NCBI GenBank assembly: GCA_965219085.1
Contig: OZ244720.1
Span: 2,016,001-2,080,000, forward strand
Direction of reading: 5' to 3'
Length of the DNA stretch: 64,000 nt
Source of the DNA: Dehalococcoidia bacterium
GTDB taxonomy: Bacteria; Chloroflexota; Dehalococcoidia; UBA2979
Shown: positions 39,985 through 49,132 of the stretch, one piece after another
Layout: each line of letters begins with the position of its first letter
Position numbering within the stretch: position 1 is the stretch's first letter
Notes under the pieces: generated by a model
The model's database searches: none
Told to the model about the DNA's origin: nothing
The model's input: the letters and a program-made list of their open reading frames with translations, nothing else
Made by a program: the position numbers and the translations under genes

Positions 39985-40935
39985 CTACGAGTAGCGGATC
40001 CGCGGGTCGATCACCGCGTACGAGAGGTCGACCAGCAGGTTCGCACCGACGAACAGCAGCGCCGTGAACAGCACCACGCCCTGCACCATCGGGTAGTCGC
40101 GCACCTGGATCGCCTCGAACCCCAGCGTCCCCACGCCCGGCAGCGAGAACACCACCTCGATGATGACGAGGCCGCCGAGGAGGAAGCTGAGCTGGCTGCC
40201 CATGATCGTGATCACGGGGATGAGCGCGTTCCGCAGCGCGTGCTTGACGATGATCGCGCGCTCCATCAGTCCCTTGGACCGCGCGGTGCGCACGTAGTCC
40301 TGGCGCAGCACCTCGAGCATGGCCGAGCGCGTCATGCGCGCACTGATGGCGCTGAAGCGGTAGCCGACGATCAGCGACGGGAAAATGAACGCCTGCACGT
40401 TGGCCCACGGGTCTTCCCACGGCGGGATGTATCCGAAGGCCGGCAGCCAGCCGACCCACACCGACAGCACGTAGAGCAGCATGGTGGCGAGGAAGAAGTC
40501 CGGGACGGACAGCCCCGTGATGGAGAACATCCTCGCCGCGTAGTCCATCCAGGTGTTCTGTTTCACTGCCGAGAGGATCCCGAGCGGGACCGCTGCCATC
40601 ACCGCGACCGTCATTGCCATCACGGCGAGCTGCACCGAGACGCGTGAGCGCGTCGCGATGGTTTCCAGGACCTCCCGGCCGCTCCACAGCGATTCCCCGA
40701 GGTCGCCGCGCAGCACGCCGGCCATCCACGAGGCGTACTGCTCCGGGAAGCTTCGGTCGAGCCCGAGTTCCTCGCGCATCTTCGCGATGTCCTCGGGAGT
40801 GGGGTAGCCGGCTTCTGCCAGTCGCGCCATGACGACGTCGCCGGGCTGCAGCCGGATGAGGCCGGCGATGAGGATGGTGACGATGATCAGCGACGGTATC
40901 GCGATCAGCAGCCTGCGAATGATGTATCGACCCAT
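39985..40935 (-). CDS. dppB: Peptide ABC transporter permease (DppB/OppB type), copy 1
   Basis: Same motifs and same length (951 nt) as 38754-39704. Confidence 0.93.
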   Translation of the reverse strand: MGRYIIRRLLIAIPSLIIVTILIAGLIRLQPGDVVMARLAEAGYPTPEDIAKMREELGLDRSFPEQYASWMAGVLRGDLGESLWSGREVLETIATRSRVSVQLAVMAMTVAVMAAVPLGILSAVKQNTWMDYAARMFSITGLSVPDFFLATMLLYVLSVWVGWLPAFGYIPPWEDPWANVQAFIFPSLIVGYRFSAISARMTRSAMLEVLRQDYVRTARSKGLMERAIIVKHALRNALIPVITIMGSQLSFLLGGLVIIEVVFSLPGVGTLGFEAIQVRDYPMVQGVVLFTALLFVGANLLVDLSYAVIDPRIRYS

Positions 40936-41059
40936 GGTGAGGCCCCTATCCCGGGCGCCCGCGGCATCGGCGCCGCGCTCACGGCCGGCGCCTCGGCGGC
41001 GGTGCGTCCGTGCTCCCGGCGGGGCCGTCGGTCCCGCCGTCCCCGGCGACCTGTGCGCC

Positions 41060-41103
41060 GAGGGGAAAACGGGGACTCTAGCGATCTGGCACAATTTGTC
41101 AAG
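41060..41103 (-). promoter_or_regulatory. Sigma70 promoter, copy 1
   Basis: TTGACA-N16-TAGAGT followed by CCCCGTTTTCCC. Confidence 0.7.
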
Positions 41104-41214
41104 GCCCCTACGCGCTTGAGCAGATTCGAGGCGCGCTGAAACCGCGGCCGTGGATCGGGGCATCGATCCGGGCGTCCGCCGATCCCGTCCCGCGCGGGCG
41201 CCGAGGCGCCCTGC

Positions 41215-41258
41215 GGAGGGAAAACGGGGATTCTGACGATCTGGCAGGATTTGTCAAG
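41215..41258 (-). promoter_or_regulatory. Sigma70 promoter, copy 2 (direct repeat of copy 1)
   Basis: TTGACA-N16-CAGAAT followed by CCCCGTTTTCCC; shares the GCCAGATCG spacer core. Confidence 0.65.
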
Positions 41259-41339
41259 CTCTTGCCCGCCTCGCGCTCGCCGAGGAAGGCGTTGCAGCGC
41301 AAGGGATCGGCAGGGTTCGCCGGTGCTCGGAACCCCGTG

Positions 41340-42803
41340 CTACTCGGGCCAGACGTGCTGCGTGAACGCCCAGTCGAGCAGTGCGGCGGCCGCGCTGGCG
41401 CGCTCCGGGGCGCTCAGCAGCACCGCGAAGACGCGCCGGCCGTCGCGGGTCGCCGACGCCACGAGCGTGAGCCCGGCCTCCTCGGTGTAGCCCGTCTTCA
41501 CGCCGTCGGCGTCGGCGTAGCTCGTGAGGAACGTATTGAGCGTGCGCATCCCGATCACGGTGGAGCCGGAGGTCGTCCACGAGTGCGAGCCGACGATCTC
41601 CGCGAACGCCGGCAGCGTCATCGCGTGGCGCGCCAGCATCGCGAGGTCGTACGCGCTGCTGTACTGCGCCTCGTCGTGCAGCCCGTGCGGGTTCGCGAAG
41701 TGCGTGTCGGCGAGCCCGAAGCGCTCGACGAGCGCGTTCATCGACGCTACGAACGCCTCGTCGGAACCGGACAGGTGGCGGCCGATCGCCAGCGCCGCGT
41801 CGTTGCCCGAGCGCAGCATCAGCCCGTACAGCAGGTCGAGGGTGGTGAAGCAGTCGCCGGCCACCAGGCCCATGAAGCTGCTGTCCTCGTCGAGGGTGCG
41901 GTAGTCGACATCCGTCCTGACCCAGGAGCCGAGGTCGCTGCCCTCGATGGCGAGGATGGCGGTGACGATCTTGGTGAGGCTCGCCTGCGGGAGCCGGGTC
42001 TGGGCGTTGTGGCCGTACAACACCGCGCCCGAGGCCGCGTCGACGACGATCGCACTGACCGCCTCGATCTCCGGTGCGGGCCCGCCGACGTGCAAGGGCG
42101 CCACAGCGGTAGAGGGCAGGGGCGGCAGGCCGGTGCTGGCGGGCGTGGCGGATCCGCCGCCGGCCGGAGGCGCCGTCACCGCGAGCAGCGCGGTGGGCGA
42201 GGGCATCCGTCCGCCGGGGAAGTGATCGTTCCACCGCTGGTTCACGAACGCCGGCGCGCCGACCACGTAGGGGATCCAGCGGCCCGCGTCGTTCATGACC
42301 CACAGCGACCGCAGCGTGACGTCGCGAGCGGCGGCCGCGTGGATGATCCCGGCGGCCGTGCCGCCGCCCCAAACGACGAGCGAAGGCCCGCCCTCGGCTC
42401 GCAGGTGGCCGAAGAGCCCGGGCGGGGTGGTTCGCGTGTCGCAGATCGGTTCGGGTTCGGTCGGCACGAGGTACAGGTCGGCCGCCCACCCGATGACCGA
42501 GTCGAGCCGGATCTGCTGCCACGTGTAGCCGTCCGCTTCGGCGACGCCGTCCAGCACGACCACGCTCGAGCCGTCCTCGGCGCAGGCGAGTTCCACGCCC
42601 TCGATCGTCGGCTCGGCGCGGATGCGCAGACAGTCGCCCGCCGTCTGGACGATCGCGGTCGAGCCCTGCTTGAGGCGGGCGGGGAGGGGCGAGCGAGCGT
42701 CGATGAGCGGCGCGGAGGCGGCGTGCGCGTCGGAGCGCGGCCCCGCGGCGAGCGGCGCGATCGCGAGCACGATCAGGGTCAGAGCAAGGACGAGGCGACT
42801 CAC
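41340..42803 (-). CDS. D-Ala-D-Ala carboxypeptidase (S11) with N-terminal SH3-like and uncharacterised domains
   Basis: Signal peptide; CLRIRAEP..WQQIR..GW (SH3b-like); SLTK, SGN and KTG penicillin-binding motifs. Confidence 0.9.
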   Translation of the reverse strand: MSRLVLALTLIVLAIAPLAAGPRSDAHAASAPLIDARSPLPARLKQGSTAIVQTAGDCLRIRAEPTIEGVELACAEDGSSVVVLDGVAEADGYTWQQIRLDSVIGWAADLYLVPTEPEPICDTRTTPPGLFGHLRAEGGPSLVVWGGGTAAGIIHAAAARDVTLRSLWVMNDAGRWIPYVVGAPAFVNQRWNDHFPGGRMPSPTALLAVTAPPAGGGSATPASTGLPPLPSTAVAPLHVGGPAPEIEAVSAIVVDAASGAVLYGHNAQTRLPQASLTKIVTAILAIEGSDLGSWVRTDVDYRTLDEDSSFMGLVAGDCFTTLDLLYGLMLRSGNDAALAIGRHLSGSDEAFVASMNALVERFGLADTHFANPHGLHDEAQYSSAYDLAMLARHAMTLPAFAEIVGSHSWTTSGSTVIGMRTLNTFLTSYADADGVKTGYTEEAGLTLVASATRDGRRVFAVLLSAPERASAAAALLDWAFTQHVWPE

Positions 42804-42922
42804 GCCGGAGCGTCTCCAACGAACTAACCCCGCCGCGATCGAGGATACAGGATCGCCCGCTCGCGGTCGGCGCTTCGGCCGCGACGTTGCGGAACTCGCG
42901 CCGATCGGGTACCTGAGAGGCC

Positions 42923-43672
42923 ATGCTGGAATGGATCGGCGAGGCCATCGAGGACGGCGAGGTCCTCGAGCGGCGCTTCGACATCGTGCACGACGCGGGC
43001 GCCGGCGGAGCCGGGACCCGCGTGCCCGGCGTGCTCTGGACGCCCGCCGCGGCGCCCGGCCCCGTGCCGCTGGTCCTGCTCGGCCACGGCGGCGCCGGCC
43101 ACAAGCGCGACGACAGCCGTCTCGACTACGCCCACAGCTACGTCGCGAGCGGGCTCGCGGCGGCTGCCATCGACGGGCCGTTCCACGGCGACCGCGCGCC
43201 CGCGGAGCCCGGTGATCGGGCCTACGACGAGGCCCTCGTGGACTCGATGGTCGCCGACTGGCGCGCGACCCTCGACGCGCTCACCGCGCTCGAGGAGATC
43301 GATGGCGACCGCGTCGCCTACGGCGGCGTCTCGATGGGGACGATGTTCGGGCTGCCGTTCCTCGTCGCCGACGGCCGCGTGGGCGCGGCCGTGCTCGGCC
43401 TCTGCGGGCTGCGCGGCGACGGCGAGGTGGACGGCGGGCTGTATGGACGCCTCTCCGCGGACGCACCGCGGCTCGGCTGCCCCGTGCTGTTCGTCATGCA
43501 GTGGGATGACGAGTTGTTCGAGCGCGACTCGGTGCTCGCGCTGTACGACGCGCTCGGCTCCGCCGACAAGCGGCTGGTGGCGAACCCCGGCGGCCACGCG
43601 GAGACCCCGCCGCATGTGCGCCTGACCACACACGCGTTCCTCGTCGAGGCGCTCACGGAGGCGGCGCCGTAG
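42923..43672 (+). CDS. Alpha/beta hydrolase
   Basis: LLGHGG, GVSMG nucleophile elbow, DDEL, PGGH. Confidence 0.88.
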   Translation: MLEWIGEAIEDGEVLERRFDIVHDAGAGGAGTRVPGVLWTPAAAPGPVPLVLLGHGGAGHKRDDSRLDYAHSYVASGLAAAAIDGPFHGDRAPAEPGDRAYDEALVDSMVADWRATLDALTALEEIDGDRVAYGGVSMGTMFGLPFLVADGRVGAAVLGLCGLRGDGEVDGGLYGRLSADAPRLGCPVLFVMQWDDELFERDSVLALYDALGSADKRLVANPGGHAETPPHVRLTTHAFLVEALTEAAP

Positions 43673-43723
43673 CGCGAACCTCGCCGCGGGCGGCTGCCGC
43701 GGGGCTCCCCTAGAATGGGTCGT

Positions 43724-44407
43724 ATGGAAGTAGCAAACGAACTCATGGTGCGCGGCATCGTCGTCGGCGTGTTCATGGAGAACTGCTGGGTGATCGGCAA
43801 CCGCCGCAGCGGCGAGGCGATCTGCATCGACCCCGGCGGCGACCACGACGAGGTGCTCGCGCTGGCGCGCGACATGGGCGTGACCATCAAGACCATCGCC
43901 AATTCGCACGCGCACGTGGACCACATCATGGGCGTCCACGGCGTCCAGAGCGCCACGGACGCGCGGTTCCTGCTCCACCAGGACGAGCTCGACCTGCTCC
44001 GCAACGGCTGGCCCGACGGCGCGCGTCAGCTGGGCTTCGACCTCGAGCAGGGGGCGCCCGAGCCGCACGGCTACGTCGCCGAGGACGACGTCGTCGAGGT
44101 GGACGGCCTGCGGCTGCGCGTCATGGTGACGCCCGGCCACACCACGGGCTCGGTGAGCTACTACGAGGAGAGCGCCGGGCTGCTGTTCAGCGGCGACACG
44201 CTCTTCCGCGGCTCGATCGGCCGCACGGACTTCCCCGGCGGGTCGTACGACGAGGAGATGCGCAGCATCACCGAGAAGCTGCTCGCCCTCCCGGACGAGA
44301 CGCTCGTGCTGCCGGGCCACATGCAGGAGACACAGATCGGGTTCGAGCGCGAGCACAACCCGTTCGTGCTGGACTGGCAGCGCCGCCAGGCCGCAGCCGA
44401 ACGCTAG
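43724..44407 (+). CDS. MBL-fold metallo-hydrolase (glyoxalase II-like)
   Basis: SHAHVDH, TPGHT, SGDTLF, GRTD, PGH. Confidence 0.92.
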   Translation: MEVANELMVRGIVVGVFMENCWVIGNRRSGEAICIDPGGDHDEVLALARDMGVTIKTIANSHAHVDHIMGVHGVQSATDARFLLHQDELDLLRNGWPDGARQLGFDLEQGAPEPHGYVAEDDVVEVDGLRLRVMVTPGHTTGSVSYYEESAGLLFSGDTLFRGSIGRTDFPGGSYDEEMRSITEKLLALPDETLVLPGHMQETQIGFEREHNPFVLDWQRRQAAAER

Positions 44408-44450
44408 CCCCGGCCGGCGGGCCTCGAGGCCCCTCGACCGCTACTCGCCC

Positions 44451-44951
44451 CTACTCGCCCGATGGCGACGCGCTACCGGCGTGGCGCGTCTCCACCTTGT
44501 GCATGCGCCCGAACAGCGACCGCGTACCGACGATCTCGACGTCGGCGTGGTCGGTGAGCGTGGTGAGGTAGCGCTGCACGATACGCCCGCCCGGCTGCCC
44601 GGCGACGGCGCACGCCATCGCGGCCATGAAGGCGTTCGGCAGGCGCTGGCTGCCGTGACCGAACGCCAGCATCAGCGTCGCGCCGAGGGCCGCGAGCGCG
44701 GCCGTGACGACGATGTTCGTGCCGCACAGCGGCGAGATGGCGAGGCTCGCCTGGCCGGCCTGCAGGCGTCGCAGCGCCTCCTGCGCGGCCCGGTCGAGGG
44801 CCGTGGTGTCGACCTCGCCGACGATGACGAAACCGTCGACGGCGGCGCGTCCCGCGAGGCGCTGCGGCCCGGTCTGCGCGAGCAGCACCGCGACGGTCGC
44901 GTGTTCGAGCGCGTGATTGCGCCGGATCGCGTCGAGCCATCCACGAATCAC
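44451..44951 (-). CDS. Conserved hypothetical membrane protein (DUF6391-like)
   Basis: IRRNHALEHAT and SPLCGTN motifs (family recalled from memory); GTG 44951 preceded by AAGGA. Confidence 0.65.
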   Translation of the reverse strand: MIRGWLDAIRRNHALEHATVAVLLAQTGPQRLAGRAAVDGFVIVGEVDTTALDRAAQEALRRLQAGQASLAISPLCGTNIVVTAALAALGATLMLAFGHGSQRLPNAFMAAMACAVAGQPGGRIVQRYLTTLTDHADVEIVGTRSLFGRMHKVETRHAGSASPSGE

Positions 44952-45038
44952 TGGCTGTTCCTTCCGCCCGAGGCGTGCATGCAGTTGGGCAGCTCCGAGT
45001 ATAGGCGTGCGCACTACCGCGTCTCCCCGTGGGAGGTG

Positions 45039-46385
45039 TCAGTATGCGCGGCTCGTGCCCGGCACGCCGACCTCGAAGTCGGCCTGCACCTCGACGCGGA
45101 TGTTGACGGGCGGCCCGCTCGCGTTCGGGGAGGTGATGCGCACCGTGCCGGTCGCGGCGGCGGATGGCAGCAGCGTGGGGTTGATGGTGATCGTGATCTC
45201 GGCGATGCGTGAGCACGGGTCGGTGCACGGCAGCTCGGAACCGAGCGCCACCCCGGCGGGCGGATCGACGATCAGCCACCCGCCCGGAGGCTGCACCACC
45301 CAGGACAGGATGCCCGTACCCGCGTTGCGCACCCGGATGGTCGCGCGCGCCGCGGTGGGCGGGCCGTCGGTGCGCAGCACGATCCTCGGCGCTTCGACGT
45401 GCAGGGCCGGGGAACCGAGCGTGCGCGAGCGGTAGTCCGACGCGATCCGCGGCACGGCGTCCTCGTGCGCCGGTTGCGGCGTCGGGATGTCCATGCCGGC
45501 GTAGGGGAACTGGAACGTCGAGGGCGACAGGGCCGCGAAGTAGCGCGGGTCGGTGAGGTCGGGGAGCGCGGCGGGGACGGCGTCCCACAGCGGTTCGCCC
45601 GACACAAGGGGCGGCAAGGCCATGCAGCCCCAGACCAGCTCCTGGTACGGGTAGCGGTTGCGCGCCTGCCGCCCGTCACAGCGGTAGGCCGTGCGAGGCC
45701 AGCTCCCGAAGCCGGGGTCGGCGGGGTGGTTCGACATCCGGGTCCCCGGCCCGGTGAAGCCGTTGTAAGACCAGACGGCGTAGTACCAGTTCTCGATGAA
45801 CGCCGGGTCGGCGTTCGTGTCGGTACCGGCGATGGGCCGCTCCTCGGGGGCACGGTTCCACTTGTCCGCGAGGATCGCCGCGCCGCGCGCGACGTTGTGC
45901 ACGTAGTGCGTCGCGACGCTGACCTGTCCCGCCGTCGGCTGCTGCGCGGCGCCGAGCGGCACGGTCATCCCCGTGGTGACCTGCATGATGCCGTGCCCAC
46001 AATCGAACGAGAGGAGCGCGTCCCCTTCGGACTGGAACGTCACGGATCGCGACGCCATCGTCATGTTCGACTCGATCCAGGCGACGGCCTTGAGCAGTGT
46101 GGCCGGGATCCGGCGCTCCGCCGCGGCGGCGCGGTTCGAGCGCGTCCCCACCTCGATCTCCGGCAGCCCGAACAGCGGATTCCCCGCGAACAGCGCGTCG
46201 ACCGAGGCCGCCTCGATCGCGGCGAGGTAGCTTGCGCGCGCGCGGTCGGCCTCGTACGTATGCGGGTGGCGCAGGAACGCGCAGCCGAGCGCGTCACGCG
46301 CTCCGGGCCCGAGCCACATCCATGCGACGGCAAGCCCGAGCAGCGCCAGCCCGCCGATGCGCAGCACTCGCCCGCGGCTAGGCAT
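45039..46385 (-). CDS. Secreted lytic-transglycosylase/lysozyme-like protein with C-terminal Ig/BACON-like domain
   Basis: LKAVAWIES (catalytic Glu), GIMQV, NVARGAAIL, AVWSYNG; beta-rich C-terminus. Confidence 0.7.
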   Translation of the reverse strand: MPSRGRVLRIGGLALLGLAVAWMWLGPGARDALGCAFLRHPHTYEADRARASYLAAIEAASVDALFAGNPLFGLPEIEVGTRSNRAAAAERRIPATLLKAVAWIESNMTMASRSVTFQSEGDALLSFDCGHGIMQVTTGMTVPLGAAQQPTAGQVSVATHYVHNVARGAAILADKWNRAPEERPIAGTDTNADPAFIENWYYAVWSYNGFTGPGTRMSNHPADPGFGSWPRTAYRCDGRQARNRYPYQELVWGCMALPPLVSGEPLWDAVPAALPDLTDPRYFAALSPSTFQFPYAGMDIPTPQPAHEDAVPRIASDYRSRTLGSPALHVEAPRIVLRTDGPPTAARATIRVRNAGTGILSWVVQPPGGWLIVDPPAGVALGSELPCTDPCSRIAEITITINPTLLPSAAATGTVRITSPNASGPPVNIRVEVQADFEVGVPGTSRAY

Positions 46386-47529
46386 CGCGCAGCCACCCGA
46401 TGAAGATCAGCTCGGAGTCGGCCGCCACGGCGAACCGCTCACCGCCGGGAGCGATCACCACGAGCGACTCACGCCCCGGCTCGGACGCATCGCGTCCGTC
46501 GAAGCTGCGCGCCGCCAGGTAGCGCCCGTCCGGGCTCCAGCCGAGGGGCGCGTCGAACCCCTGCTCCGGCGCCGGCAACGCTCGAGGGACGTCGTCGCCA
46601 CCGGCGGAGCCGTCGATGCCGAGCGTGACCGCGGCCGCGCTGATGTCCGGGAACGCCTCGACGCCGACGGTCAGGCTCCGGCCGTCCGCAGTCCAGGCGG
46701 GCGAGAACTGCTCGGACAGCACCGTGCCCGGCTGCTCGGGCGACGCGGCCTGTGCCTCGCCACCGGACTCGAGGGCTACGACCTGCGCGCGATGCACGAC
46801 CCGCTCGGCCGAGACCTCGGGTGCGAGGTAGGCGAGGGACGCGCCGTCCGGGGACACCTGCCAGTCGCGCGCGATGTGGTCCGAGGCGTGCGCGATGAAC
46901 TGCGGTTCGGCGCCCTCGCGCACGCGGTACAGGTCCGTGCCCCGCGTCGACAACTCGGCGTACAGCGCTGCCCCGCCCGCCTCGAGCGCGACCGGGTACA
47001 CGCCGAACTGCGTCGACGTGCTGTAGAGCGCGCGGCGCGCCTGCGTCGCGATCTCGACGCGGACGAGCTGCTGGGAGCCGTCGGCCTGCGTGCGGCGGTA
47101 GAGCAGCGCCGTCCCGTCGGGGTCGAAGACCGGCGCGGCCAGGAGGTCGGCGTCGCCGGCGAGGCGCGTGAGCTTGCCGCTGCGCACGTCCAGCAGCCAC
47201 AGCTCGGCCGGCGAGTCGCGTCGCGGCTGCGCCTCCGGGGGCAGCACCGTGAACGCGGTCAGGTCGCCGGCCATCGCGGGCGAGGGTGTGATCGCCCAGC
47301 CGCGCGCGTGTGGCACGCTCGCCACCAGCTCGCGCTCCTCGGGTGCATCGGGCCGGGCAACGTAGACGCGGTCGGCCAGCAGGCCGAACTCGGCGAAGAC
47401 CAGGCGGTACGTTGCTTCGGGAGACTCGTCGCCGTCGCGGTCGGAGAGCAGCAGCCACGCGGCGGCGGCGGCCACGCCGAACGCGGCGAGGATGGCGATG
47501 GCCCTGGCCACGCGGCGGGATGCTGTCAT
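46378..47529 (-). CDS. Secreted TolB-like beta-propeller protein
   Basis: N-terminal TM helix; repeated FDPDG, VSPDG, WTADG, WSPDG (PD40-like) motifs. Confidence 0.75.
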   Translation of the reverse strand: MTASRRVARAIAILAAFGVAAAAAWLLLSDRDGDESPEATYRLVFAEFGLLADRVYVARPDAPEERELVASVPHARGWAITPSPAMAGDLTAFTVLPPEAQPRRDSPAELWLLDVRSGKLTRLAGDADLLAAPVFDPDGTALLYRRTQADGSQQLVRVEIATQARRALYSTSTQFGVYPVALEAGGAALYAELSTRGTDLYRVREGAEPQFIAHASDHIARDWQVSPDGASLAYLAPEVSAERVVHRAQVVALESGGEAQAASPEQPGTVLSEQFSPAWTADGRSLTVGVEAFPDISAAAVTLGIDGSAGGDDVPRALPAPEQGFDAPLGWSPDGRYLAARSFDGRDASEPGRESLVVIAPGGERFAVAADSELIFIGWLRDA

Positions 47530-47669
47530 GGTGGCTCACCGGCCCGCTCCCCGCCACGGCAAGCCGCCCGGCTTCCACGATGGAACGCCCGCAAAGACGT
47601 GTCAACGCACGCCGCCGCCACGGGCCTCCCGGCGGAGGCGCACACGAGGCCCTTTGCTAAGCTGGAAGC

Positions 47670-48392
47670 GTGATCTTCCGCTATCTGGCCGTCCTGACCG
47701 AGTCGCCGCTCGCCTTCGCGATCCTGATCGCCGCCTTCACCGCCTCGCTGCTCGTGGGGCTCGTGCTGCACGAGGTGGCGCACGCCTACGTCGCCGACTC
47801 GCTCGGCGACGGCACGCCGAGGCGCTACGGGCGGCTCTCGCTCAACCCGTTGCGCCACCTCGACCCGCTCGGCTCCTCGCTCATCTTCATCGTCGGCTTC
47901 GGGTGGGCGAAGCCCGTGCCGATCGGCCCGAACTCCGGCCGCAACACCGCGCTGATCGCGCTCGCGGGGCCCGCGACGAACCTCGTGGTCGCGGCGACGG
48001 CTGGTCTGGCCATCAAGCTCGGCTACGTGCCGTTCTTCCACCCGTTTGTCGCGCCCTCGGCGGCCGACTACTGGGCGCGCGTCTGGACCGATTCGCCGGA
48101 CCACCTGGTCGGGCTGTTCCTCGGCACCGTCGTGCTGCTGAACGTGATCCTGGCGGTGTTCAACCTCATCCCGCTCGCGCCGCTCGATGGCTTCCGCGTC
48201 GCGGTGGGCGTGCTCCCCTCCAGCATCGCGAGGCCGGTGGCGCGCCTCGAGCCGTGGATGCCGGGCGCGTTGCTGGTGCTGATCCTGCTGCCCTTCATCG
48301 GCGGGCCGTCGCTGCTGTTCGACGTCATGGGGCCGGCCATCGAGTTCCTGCTGCGCGTGTTCGTCGAGAGCGCTGACCTGCGTGTGGTCTGA
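47670..48392 (+). CDS. Site-2 protease (M50) family
   Basis: HEVAH, SLNPLRHLDPLG, AGPATN, FNLIPLAPLDG. Confidence 0.93.
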   Translation: MIFRYLAVLTESPLAFAILIAAFTASLLVGLVLHEVAHAYVADSLGDGTPRRYGRLSLNPLRHLDPLGSSLIFIVGFGWAKPVPIGPNSGRNTALIALAGPATNLVVAATAGLAIKLGYVPFFHPFVAPSAADYWARVWTDSPDHLVGLFLGTVVLLNVILAVFNLIPLAPLDGFRVAVGVLPSSIARPVARLEPWMPGALLVLILLPFIGGPSLLFDVMGPAIEFLLRVFVESADLRVV

Positions 48393-48885
48393 CCTCGGCG
48401 CGCATGTCCGGCGGTTCTTCCGAGGCTTCCGCGGCGCCCTCACGCCCGAGGAGACGCGGACCGTGGAGGCGCTCCTCGGCCGCGAGGAGCTCAGGTGCTT
48501 CCGCGCGCTGGAGGGCCGCGAGCAGCGCCACGCGGTCGACGTGCTGGCGCACCTGCAGACACACGGGTCGCCCTCGCACGACCTGCTGGTGGCTGCGCTG
48601 CTGCACAACGCCGGCAAGGGGCCGCTGCACCTGTACGAGCGTGTCGCCTACACGCTGCTCGCGATGTTCACGCCGCCGCTCCTCGATCGCGTCGCGGACC
48701 CGCGGGGCCGCGGGTTCCGGCTCGCGATGGCGTCGCAGCGCGACCACCCCGCGAGAGGCGCCGAGGTCCTCGCGGCGATCGGCGTGCGCCCGCGCGTGCT
48801 TCAGCTGGTGCGCGGGCACCACGACGCGCCGGCGGGCGAGGACGCCGAACTCGCCGCGCTGATCGAGGCGGACCAGCGGCGATAG
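48382..48885 (+). CDS. HD-superfamily-like protein (HN variant)
   Basis: HAVDV, ALLHNAGK, DHPARGA, HH, EADQ; overlaps the S2P stop codon. Confidence 0.7.
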   Translation: MWSDLGAHVRRFFRGFRGALTPEETRTVEALLGREELRCFRALEGREQRHAVDVLAHLQTHGSPSHDLLVAALLHNAGKGPLHLYERVAYTLLAMFTPPLLDRVADPRGRGFRLAMASQRDHPARGAEVLAAIGVRPRVLQLVRGHHDAPAGEDAELAALIEADQRR

Positions 48886-49132
48886 ACGACGTGGAGACAC
48901 GGCGCGAGACGACAACGTGGCGCTTTGAGCATGGGGTCCTCCCCGACCGGCTCTGCCGTCGGATCATCGCCGCGCCGATTCACTCACCGGCGCCGCGAGA
49001 CGGACGGATTCGCTCCTGGGGGGAGGTGGTCGCGCCCCGTCTGACGGTGCGCCTCCACCAGCAGTCGCCGCTCCCGTCTCCCCCACGGTGGTACGATGAA
49101 AAGCCCACGGCCAGCGCCGACGGAGATGACAT

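Noticed and set aside
49020-49062. Hairpin upstream of tyrA as a riboswitch
   Set aside because: No T-box or other conserved motif, it lies upstream of the likely -10 (TACGAT near 49092), and GC-rich stems arise by chance.
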